IMG/VR virus record: IMGVR_UViG_3300025617_000007
Location: 64,001 to 128,000 of that record
Origin: a virus
Length of the DNA: 64,000 nt
Direction: 5' to 3' (one strand)
The first letter of the stretch is position 1, and the number at the start of each line of letters is the position of its first letter. A program made the translations under genes and the position numbers. This document shows, piece after piece, positions 56,714 to 64,000 of this stretch. The notes beneath the pieces were generated by a model. The model saw only the letters and a list, made by a program, of their open reading frames with translations. It was not told where the DNA came from and did not search any database.

Positions 56714-58486
56714 TTAAAAACTTCCAAATAACCAGGAATTATTCTTATAATCATCACGAGTAGGATTACTACCTGTTCTGTGGTGGTTAATTCCACCTGG
56801 TATTGAAGGCATTCCGGGGTTGAAATCGTTAGAAGTATTTTTAACAGGAGTTTCATTAACCATCCAACTTTCCATCATCGCTTTTGTCTGTTCGGTAACT
56901 TTCTCTAATTGTGTGAATGAGTTTTCACCTACATAGATTGCCATAGCTATTGCCATAATAAGGTCATCATGTTGACCTTTTTGGTGGTCAGGTCTACCGT
57001 TTATATAAACAAAAGTATTTAATTCGTTCAATAATCTAGAAGAACGTATTGCGAAATTATGTCTCAACGACTCTTCAAATGATGCGACAATCTGAACTCG
57101 TTTACTATTAAAGTTCAAACCTGGTATTTTTTCTTGTAAATTAGGATTATACTTCCACTTGTCGGCAGCGTTCGTACCTTCGACATAAAGGTTTTTATAA
57201 CCCATTTCCTGTAGTTTTCTAGATGTTGAAACGCCCATACCTCCAGTTATATCTATAACGATAAACGCACTATACATAGTCGCCCATTTATATGCAATTT
57301 CTGCAACAACATCGGGAGGTACTTTACCTAAATATTCTAATACTTGCTCCCTCTCATCAAAATCAATAATCGTAAATGTGGTAAAATCTTCACTATCTCC
57401 ACGAGATACATCAATACCCATAATATATTTATGTCCCGGTATTGGCTCTTTCCATTGCCATAACGCCCCACCCATAAATTTGTTTTCAGGGTTCCTTATA
57501 AATTTTTCTTTGATGATTTCAATTGTGTCATTTGGGATGACATTATCCCCTGAACCAAGGAAGTTACACTCCAATTCCTGAGCAATTTTTCTTCTGTCGA
57601 ATTTGAGTTTTTTAGCCATTCCTTCAAACCAAGGAGAATATGCTTTGTATCCATCTAATAATTTTTCTTTTATTTCAACATAATCCCTTTTACGAGGGTG
57701 TATATGTGAATAATCTATAATAATTTCGTCATCGTTATAATCTTCACGGTTCAATAAATAATGAACTATATCCTTACACTTAATTAATTTAAAGTCTTTA
57801 GCATATCGAGGGTCACGATACCAAAACATTTCAGTAATTTTAAAATCGTTCATACCTCTTAAGGCTTGGTCATAGATAGTGTAGTAAATTGGGTCAAAAC
57901 CATTAGGGGTTGAGATTACAATCACTTTACCACCCGTAGAAAGTGAAGCCATACATGCAGACCAAAAATCGTCATCTGCATCGATAAATGCAGCTTCATC
58001 AAATATTAATATAGTTGGAGTATAACCACGTAGGGCATCTTTAGATGTTGCAACTGCCTTTACCTCACATCCGTTAGATAATTTAAAATGTCGTTGTGAG
58101 TTTTTTTCAGCTGAAAATGTTATACCAAACCATGCGGGCCATTGGTCAACAAAGGACCTGACTTTATTTGCGAACTCCATTGAAGTGTCCAATTTATTCG
58201 CAATAATAAGTACTTTTTCAGGTTTCTTTTTAGATGCCGTTACAACTTTTTTAGATGCCCAAGCAGCGGTCACTGTAGACACACCAGCTTGTCGATACTT
58301 TAATGCAATATTTTCTTCGTGATTGTCGTAATCGTTAATTAGATTAACTTGGTCGGGAAATAACTCTAAAGGTACATATTGTGATTGGGTATTATCGTAA
58401 GTTTGTAGGTATGTCTTTAATGCGTAAGGAGTATCCTTTACACATTTCGCATACTCCAATAAAACTTGTTCTCTTGATAATCCCAT
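56714..58486 (-). CDS. gp17: Terminase large subunit, gp17-like
   Basis: KYRQAGVST (Walker A), IFDEAAF (Walker B), ISTPNG, GIDVSRG, HDDLIMA. Confidence 0.93.
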   Translation of the reverse strand: MGLSREQVLLEYAKCVKDTPYALKTYLQTYDNTQSQYVPLELFPDQVNLINDYDNHEENIALKYRQAGVSTVTAAWASKKVVTASKKKPEKVLIIANKLDTSMEFANKVRSFVDQWPAWFGITFSAEKNSQRHFKLSNGCEVKAVATSKDALRGYTPTILIFDEAAFIDADDDFWSACMASLSTGGKVIVISTPNGFDPIYYTIYDQALRGMNDFKITEMFWYRDPRYAKDFKLIKCKDIVHYLLNREDYNDDEIIIDYSHIHPRKRDYVEIKEKLLDGYKAYSPWFEGMAKKLKFDRRKIAQELECNFLGSGDNVIPNDTIEIIKEKFIRNPENKFMGGALWQWKEPIPGHKYIMGIDVSRGDSEDFTTFTIIDFDEREQVLEYLGKVPPDVVAEIAYKWATMYSAFIVIDITGGMGVSTSRKLQEMGYKNLYVEGTNAADKWKYNPNLQEKIPGLNFNSKRVQIVASFEESLRHNFAIRSSRLLNELNTFVYINGRPDHQKGQHDDLIMAIAMAIYVGENSFTQLEKVTEQTKAMMESWMVNETPVKNTSNDFNPGMPSIPGGINHHRTGSNPTRDDYKNNSWLFGSF

Positions 58487-58506
58487 CTATACACGATAAT
58501 AGTATT

Positions 58507-59781
58507 TTATGTTAAAGAAATACCTAAATCGCCTAAAAGTCCTTCAAGACCTCCATAGTCATCATCATCGTCATCATCACTATACTGAGACATCGCATCA
58601 TCGTATTCTTCTTGACGTAATTCCTCAATGATTTCATCAACCATTTTAGAAACAATTTCTTTACCTTTTTCTGAACCTGAAAGAATCATCTTAGCAACAT
58701 CGAAAAACTCTTCAGTGTTAAGTGCTGAGAAACGTGAGAATAGATAATTTTGAATTTCTCTCATATCGTCCTCATATAATTTTTCAGGATACGATTCCAT
58801 AAATTTTTCCCAAATCACAGGACCTAAACGTAAGTCCCATATTTCATATGGTAAAGTATCTTGTGAAGCCATAACCATTTCTGCGGCTTTAGGGTCGTCA
58901 GGTAGACCTTGTGTACCCATAACTTCATAAACACCTTTCACTAATTCGTGAACTAAAATAGGGAAAAATAATCCTTTAGCTCTAATAGTTGGTGGGTCTG
59001 TGGTCTCGTCTACTTCTTCTTTACCTTCCATACCTTGACCGCTTTGAGCGGCATTCATAACCATTTGGTCAGGTAAAATCCAATATAGTAAGTCGTTTAC
59101 TGACATTAATACACCATAAAGGTTCAATAAACGAGGATTAAGATTGTTTAACTGCTCTTCAACTAAGTGGAACATATAATGACCTTTTTTTGATGCTCCT
59201 TGAATAAGTGAGTTAATAAATCTTCTTTTTGCCTTCTCTAAGTCAAACTTTTCAAAAGCAACCATAAAGTTTTCTAAATCGTCTTCGGCTTCATCTTCAG
59301 ATACTCCAAATTGTTCAATAACATCTTCATCTTCAGGTTCCTCAGAATCACTTTTCATTCCTGACATATCAATCTGTCCCGGCATTGAGGTTATCTCAAC
59401 ATCGTATTGAAAAGCATCGTCAGGAATTGACATTTCTTGTTTTACTAAGTCAACAGCTAATTGTTCGAGGTAACCTTCATTGTTCGATTCAATTTGTTTT
59501 ACTTCTTGGACTGCACTCATCATCATCATTTGTAAGTTCATCAATTGATTTTGACTTACTTCTTGAACTCCTGTATATCTTTTAACCTTTTCAACAACAT
59601 CTTTAAATCTTTTAGATGCGATAAGTTGTTCAAAAGAATTATCAAACTCATCTTCATCCTTACGTGGTAATCCAGGATTATCCGACATAGGTGTCTCACC
59701 TTTTTCTAATTTTGACTGAATTGATGGGTCCATTCTTTCAGGTCCATCATATTCTATTTGTTCTTTTACTTTCTTACTCAT
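58507..59781 (-). CDS. Acidic hypothetical protein
   Basis: Long ORF, co-oriented with the head module. Confidence 0.55.
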   Translation of the reverse strand: MSKKVKEQIEYDGPERMDPSIQSKLEKGETPMSDNPGLPRKDEDEFDNSFEQLIASKRFKDVVEKVKRYTGVQEVSQNQLMNLQMMMMSAVQEVKQIESNNEGYLEQLAVDLVKQEMSIPDDAFQYDVEITSMPGQIDMSGMKSDSEEPEDEDVIEQFGVSEDEAEDDLENFMVAFEKFDLEKAKRRFINSLIQGASKKGHYMFHLVEEQLNNLNPRLLNLYGVLMSVNDLLYWILPDQMVMNAAQSGQGMEGKEEVDETTDPPTIRAKGLFFPILVHELVKGVYEVMGTQGLPDDPKAAEMVMASQDTLPYEIWDLRLGPVIWEKFMESYPEKLYEDDMREIQNYLFSRFSALNTEEFFDVAKMILSGSEKGKEIVSKMVDEIIEELRQEEYDDAMSQYSDDDDDDDYGGLEGLLGDLGISLT

Positions 59782-60868
59782 CTCTAAATGTTATGTTTAA
59801 ATTATTGAACTTAAGGAAATCCGGCATTTCAGTACCTGCCTTAGGTGCCGGTTTATGTTTTGGTTTGTAAGGACTTTTTCTGTCAGGTTTAGAAGGTGTT
59901 TTTGTTGGAGTTTTAACAGGGGCTTCTTTGGTTCCTTGTTCCAATAAATCTTTTTTAGTCATTGTCGGTTTCTTATAATTTCTCAACAAAGATACTAAAC
60001 TTTCTTCAATTTTACTAACTTTCCTCTGAAAAGATTCGTTCTGTTTTTTTACATCTCTTACACAACGCTCGAATTTTTCATTTTCTTTCTTAGTGTAATC
60101 ATCTTTTTCTTTACCTTCAAGACCTAATGATGACGTACATACCGCCCATGGGTTATATTTTTCTTTTTTCTTATCCTCAAACATACCTAACGTAGTGATT
60201 GGTGTTTTCATCTTAACACTTTTCTTTTTAGTTTCAGAAATACCCATACCGTCATTGGCTTTCATATTGTCAGAAGGACCGTCTTCATTACCTTCAGGGT
60301 TTGGGTCCTCATTAGGGTCAATACCTGCAATTTTATTCAAATCATTAGTCATTTGATTCTCATCTAATTCGATATCAACATCATATGGGTCAACCTCTTT
60401 AACTGGTTCGAACATCCTAACCATAGCGTAGAATGTTTCGGGAAAATATCGTCTAAGATATCTTCTTTTAGCATCATCAATAAGACCTTCTCTATCTGTT
60501 TCATACTCTTCCCAATCATCCCAATAAAAATCTACGGCGTCTTCAGCTGCGGATTCTAACTCAGAAGAAAATGGACTTGGCATACTTTGAGGTTCACCTA
60601 AATCCCTGTGAATAGAATCATTCATAATACTTTGGTCCGAAGAACCCCATTCATTTAATTCTTCCTCACCTAATTCTTGTGATATTTTTTGAACTAAGTC
60701 ATTTGCCTGATTTAAATCATTTTTAATTTTTTCAGTCTTATCCGTAGTACTTTGTTCATTAACAATTTTTTTATGTAAAACATTGATTTGTTTTTCATTA
60801 AGGTTTTTAAGAGTTTTAATCGTAAAACCTTCTTTCATTAATTCCATTAATTTATTCTTGGTGCTCAT
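59774..60868 (-). CDS. Multi-module hypothetical protein with leader
   Basis: LNEKQINVLHKKIVNE leader; 'NPWAVCTSSLG...KFERCVRDVK' module; P/K-rich tail. Confidence 0.55.
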   Translation of the reverse strand: MSTKNKLMELMKEGFTIKTLKNLNEKQINVLHKKIVNEQSTTDKTEKIKNDLNQANDLVQKISQELGEEELNEWGSSDQSIMNDSIHRDLGEPQSMPSPFSSELESAAEDAVDFYWDDWEEYETDREGLIDDAKRRYLRRYFPETFYAMVRMFEPVKEVDPYDVDIELDENQMTNDLNKIAGIDPNEDPNPEGNEDGPSDNMKANDGMGISETKKKSVKMKTPITTLGMFEDKKKEKYNPWAVCTSSLGLEGKEKDDYTKKENEKFERCVRDVKKQNESFQRKVSKIEESLVSLLRNYKKPTMTKKDLLEQGTKEAPVKTPTKTPSKPDRKSPYKPKHKPAPKAGTEMPDFLKFNNLNITFRDE

Positions 60869-61268
60869 CTTCTATAAAACTTTTTTCGTAATCTAATACA
60901 ATATCTCTTTCGTAAATTTTATCTTCAACAGATTTTACACTGTCTCCGTAATGGAAAACTAATCTAGTGAGCTTTTCATTAACAATCGCTTCACTATCTT
61001 CGTCTTCCCATGCTAAGGCAATAACCCCGTCAATTGAGTCATATACCCCAAAAAAATCAGAATTTTGAATTAAATGTAACTCAATACCTGAATTTCTAAG
61101 GACTCCAACTTTCTTTATAAACTGAATATGGGGTGGTGAAGGGTTCCCATTAGCTGGTTGCGAGTCCCATTCATCACCCCATACATCGTTATCATCTGAA
61201 AAGATGAATTCATATATGTTATCACCCTTAAAATTGGGTCCTAGTTCATTTACATAAACTAATTTCAT
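60852..61268 (-). CDS. Hypothetical protein
   Basis: Overlaps both neighbouring genes. Confidence 0.55.
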   Translation of the reverse strand: MKLVYVNELGPNFKGDNIYEFIFSDDNDVWGDEWDSQPANGNPSPPHIQFIKKVGVLRNSGIELHLIQNSDFFGVYDSIDGVIALAWEDEDSEAIVNEKLTRLVFHYGDSVKSVEDKIYERDIVLDYEKSFIEDEHQE

Positions 61269-62497
61269 AGTAACTCACCTTTTGGAGATACTTTATATTG
61301 TTTACCGTCAGCTTCAAAAACTAAATTACTCTTATTTGTTTTTCCTAAAAATTTGATATTATCGTTTTCTTTAACTAAAAACTCAGAAGTTAATTCTTGT
61401 TCGATAGTTTCTGACAATCTTTTTATTTCTTTTTTAACTGTAATGTTTTGTACTTTTTCAGTTAAAAATTTTTTAATTTTTTTTCCTTCATTAATTTGTT
61501 TTTCATCTTCAGAAATAACAAAGTATTTTTCCAAAACTTTATCTATTTTAGATTCTTTGAATAACTCATCAACCATATATTTCATAGAATCCCCTTCTGC
61601 CATTTCACCTTCAGGTTCAGCCATTTCTTCATCTTCGAAATCTAAGTCTAAATCTAAGTCTAAATCTTCTTCACCTGCATCTACATCTATATCAACGTCA
61701 CCGTCCATACCGTAATCGATTTCATCTTCCTCAAAATTATCTAAAATATCTTCTTTATCTTCTTCAGATAGTTTTTCTAATTCAACGGCAGAAATTATTG
61801 AATTTAAAACATACTTAATATCTTCAGAAGAAAGTCCTTGATTTTTATCAAACATTCTAAGTTTTTGACCTAACTTACCTGTTAATTTTTGAATAGCCTT
61901 AAACGAGCCTTCTTCTTCGTCTTCTTCACCATCCATAGGTTCTTCATCACCCATACCCATTTCTTCACCATCCATAGGTTCTTCATCACCCATATCTAAA
62001 TCCAAATCTAAGTCTAACTCTTCACCACCCTCATCAGATGGTTCTTCAACACTCATATCTAAATCTAATTCAGGTTCCATAGCCGGTACCTCAACTTCAG
62101 GTTCTACCTCAGGTTTAGGTGTTTTTAATACAAATTTCTTTTGTTCACCAATTAAGTTAATGCCTTCTTCATTTTCATGAATTCTATTTAACTCACCCGC
62201 AAGTAAATTAATTTTCTTCATTGCTTGAGAATAAGATTTATGGTATTTTCTATTCTTCATAGGTTCAATGTAATCAAACTCTGATTCATTAATTCCTTTC
62301 TTAACAATATAACCTAATTTTTCTTTTACAATTCCATAGTAGTTACCGTCCGCCAGTTGAATTGAATAATCAGCTGAGGAAGTTTTACTTTCATTTACGG
62401 TAGATGGTTTTGAACCATAATTAGCTATTTCAAGAATTCTACTAATTTTTTCTTGACCTTCTAATTTTTCACTACCTAGAGGATTTAAATCTGCCAT
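61265..62497 (-). CDS. Acidic low-complexity (E/D/M) protein, probable prohead core component
   Basis: DLDLDL and EEPMDGEE repeats; composition resembles the scaffold. Confidence 0.5.
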   Translation of the reverse strand: MADLNPLGSEKLEGQEKISRILEIANYGSKPSTVNESKTSSADYSIQLADGNYYGIVKEKLGYIVKKGINESEFDYIEPMKNRKYHKSYSQAMKKINLLAGELNRIHENEEGINLIGEQKKFVLKTPKPEVEPEVEVPAMEPELDLDMSVEEPSDEGGEELDLDLDLDMGDEEPMDGEEMGMGDEEPMDGEEDEEEGSFKAIQKLTGKLGQKLRMFDKNQGLSSEDIKYVLNSIISAVELEKLSEEDKEDILDNFEEDEIDYGMDGDVDIDVDAGEEDLDLDLDLDFEDEEMAEPEGEMAEGDSMKYMVDELFKESKIDKVLEKYFVISEDEKQINEGKKIKKFLTEKVQNITVKKEIKRLSETIEQELTSEFLVKENDNIKFLGKTNKSNLVFEADGKQYKVSPKGELL

Positions 62498-62521
62498 TTC
62501 TATATTTTTTAATTTAATTTT

Positions 62522-62668
62522 TTAGTTGTATACACCATTACCACCAAGTTTAACAGTTCCACATTGAATGGATTCGGCACCATCTGCTTCACTATAAATT
62601 GCGTGTGGAGTTTCCGTTCCACCCGTATAAATTATATATTCATTATCTGTACATGCTGTAATTGCCAT
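62522..62668 (-). CDS. 48-aa micro-protein (not in the ORF track)
   Basis: MAITACTDNEYIIYTGGTETPHAIYSEADGAESIQCGTVKLGGNGVYN*; late motif 13 nt upstream. Confidence 0.6.
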   Translation of the reverse strand: MAITACTDNEYIIYTGGTETPHAIYSEADGAESIQCGTVKLGGNGVYN

Positions 62669-62745
62669 AATAGTTTTTTATAATAAATATATCATAAGTT
62701 AAGAATTTCCATTTTTTCTTATCTTACGTGATAATTATACTTTAT

Positions 62746-63492
62746 TTATTGGGACAATGATAGTCGGTCATCCATTACTTTATTTTGAAAATCAAATAAC
62801 TTTTGAATGTATCCATTTCTCCTTAAGAATTTAAAAACTAAATTTTCGTATGAGTATTCACCATCACCCTCTAATCCTGATTGCCTATACTTTTTTAACC
62901 TATCTTTAAGTTTGTCTATTTTTTCGTTTGATTTTTCCAAATCTTCATCACCGTTCTCAATATCTTCAATAACCGCATCAATCATATCTTCCCACTGACC
63001 AACCTTTTCTTTAATGATTTCATTATTAATTTCGACCTCCTCTTTAGATGGTTCAATTATCCATTCATCATATAAGACAGAATATACTCCTGTGGATATG
63101 TGGGGTTCATTTGTGTCCTGGACATATAATTCAACTTCATAACCTTTAACTGTTATATCGTGAGTTGAGTTAAATAAAGTTTTTTTCAATTTAAATAAAT
63201 CTTGAAATAATTCTTTTTCAGGTCCAGATTCATTAAAGTCATACATCACATGTAAATCGATATCTGAAAACTCAGACCAATTATAATTTGATAGTGAACC
63301 TGTCATAGTAATATCTTGTATGAAAATTTCATACCCTAAAAATTCAATGAATTTTTCAGATATTTCAATAAGTCTTAGACGTATTTCTTCTTTCATTTTG
63401 GCATCAGAAGACGAGTCAGGGTTTTCCCATATTGTAGGGTTTAACTCGTCTTTAACGTTAAAGCTTGAAAGTATCTTACCAAAGTTCTCCAT
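62746..63492 (-). CDS. Pol-beta-superfamily nucleotidyltransferase
   Basis: TGSLSNYNWSEFSDIDLH (GS...DxD) and a third acidic residue in VELYVQD. Confidence 0.75.
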   Translation of the reverse strand: MENFGKILSSFNVKDELNPTIWENPDSSSDAKMKEEIRLRLIEISEKFIEFLGYEIFIQDITMTGSLSNYNWSEFSDIDLHVMYDFNESGPEKELFQDLFKLKKTLFNSTHDITVKGYEVELYVQDTNEPHISTGVYSVLYDEWIIEPSKEEVEINNEIIKEKVGQWEDMIDAVIEDIENGDEDLEKSNEKIDKLKDRLKKYRQSGLEGDGEYSYENLVFKFLRRNGYIQKLFDFQNKVMDDRLSLSQ

Positions 63493-63514
63493 GTATTATA
63501 AATAGTGTAAAGAA

Positions 63515-63763
63515 TTACTTTGTGATTTTTTTGTATTTGTATTTCTTGGATATCTCAATATTAAAGAATTTTCCTTGAGATTCTGCCATTCTAAATTTAG
63601 TATAAACATTATGTGGTACTTTTTCGTACTCATACTCTATACCGTTTTTAAAGGTGGCGGTTAGTTTCTCCTCACCCGTATCATAAACTGTTTTCATTAA
63701 GTTTGATGATTCAATTTCATTGATGATTAATTTACCATCGATTTTTTCACTCTTAATAGCCAT
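63515..63763 (-). CDS. KTSC-domain protein
   Basis: 'ESSNL....YD.....L...FKNG..YEY..VP..VY..F..AES.GKFFN..I'. Confidence 0.85.
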   Translation of the reverse strand: MAIKSEKIDGKLIINEIESSNLMKTVYDTGEEKLTATFKNGIEYEYEKVPHNVYTKFRMAESQGKFFNIEISKKYKYKKITK

Positions 63764-63802
63764 AACATATTTTTTAGATAAGTATAAGAATTATTGTAAA
63801 AT

Positions 63803-63829
63803 AAAAAACCCCTCTTTGTGGGGGGTTTT
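63803..63829 (-). terminator. Intrinsic terminator
   Basis: aaaacccc...ggggtttt stem with a U-tract on the minus strand. Confidence 0.65.
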
Positions 63830-63849
63830 GTTTAAAATATTATATTATG

Positions 63850-63999
63850 TTAAGATTGAGGTATTATAACCCATGGACCTTTGTATGGGGTAGTTACTTT
63901 AATCATAACCTTACCTCCTTCACATTTCCAATTACCCTTAACTTCTATTGATTCTGTTGATTCTAAAATTGCAAATCTATTATTGTCAAAGAATATATA
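63850..63999 (-). CDS. 3' end of a gene that starts beyond the window
   Basis: Open frame ...YIFFDNNRFAILES...KGNWKCEGGK...PQS*. Confidence 0.5.
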   Translation of the reverse strand, partial: YIFFDNNRFAILESTESIEVKGNWKCEGGKVMIKVTTPYKGPWVIIPQS

Positions 64000-64000
64000 A

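Noticed and set aside
12879-58486. Inteins or self-splicing introns in the polymerase, helicase, terminase or capsid genes
   Set aside because: Motif spacing is normal; no C/S...HN intein ends or LAGLIDADG/HNH inserts seen.
1-64000. Stop-codon reassignment, as in some large phages
   Set aside because: Conserved genes are full length in the standard code, and both TAG (27351, 35500, 46407) and TGA (5890, 34545, 54002) end genes cleanly.
1-64000. tRNA, rRNA or large ncRNA genes
   Set aside because: Intergenic gaps are mostly under 130 bp and explained by promoters and terminators; no cloverleaf or TPsiC signature seen by eye. A tRNAscan-SE/Infernal run would be needed to exclude them fully.

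Overview
This is a 64-kb AT-rich, gene-dense segment of a large T4-like (myovirus) jumbo phage, read in the standard genetic code. I found no tRNA, rRNA, CRISPR array or mobile element. It holds most of the virion module (tail tube, sheath, tail completion, neck, baseplate/spike, terminase, portal, prohead protease, scaffold, major capsid protein). It also holds a family-B DNA polymerase, an SNF2-type helicase, a phage sigma factor, PhoH, dUTPase, a 12-kb glycan synthesis/decoration cluster and a ribosomal protein bS21 gene. A Bacteroidota host is inferred from the Bacteroidota-type bS21 (Tyr54), Shine-Dalgarno-less A-rich leaders, a TTTG-N19-TAnnTTTG promoter and a signal peptide followed by Gln. 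Three patterns stand out. (1) A recurring hydrophobic-(I/V)-(N/T)-E motif and a shared N-terminal leader fall at domain boundaries of many unrelated proteins and in the capsid protein, suggesting a capsid-targeting, protease-processed cargo system that includes an SOD-nuclease fusion, a WYL protein, a HAD phosphatase and an OmpA-like protein. (2) A 1515-aa mucin-like virion protein is encoded in the same window as glycosyltransferases, GDP-fucose synthesis, a sulfotransferase, a pyruvyltransferase and a 2OG-Fe(II) hydroxylase, suggesting a phage-built glycan coat. (3) A candidate late promoter TATTTAT(A), the reverse complement of the T4 late promoter, precedes about 20 genes with very short or absent leaders, including bS21. 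All annotation is from reading motifs by eye; no database searches were run.
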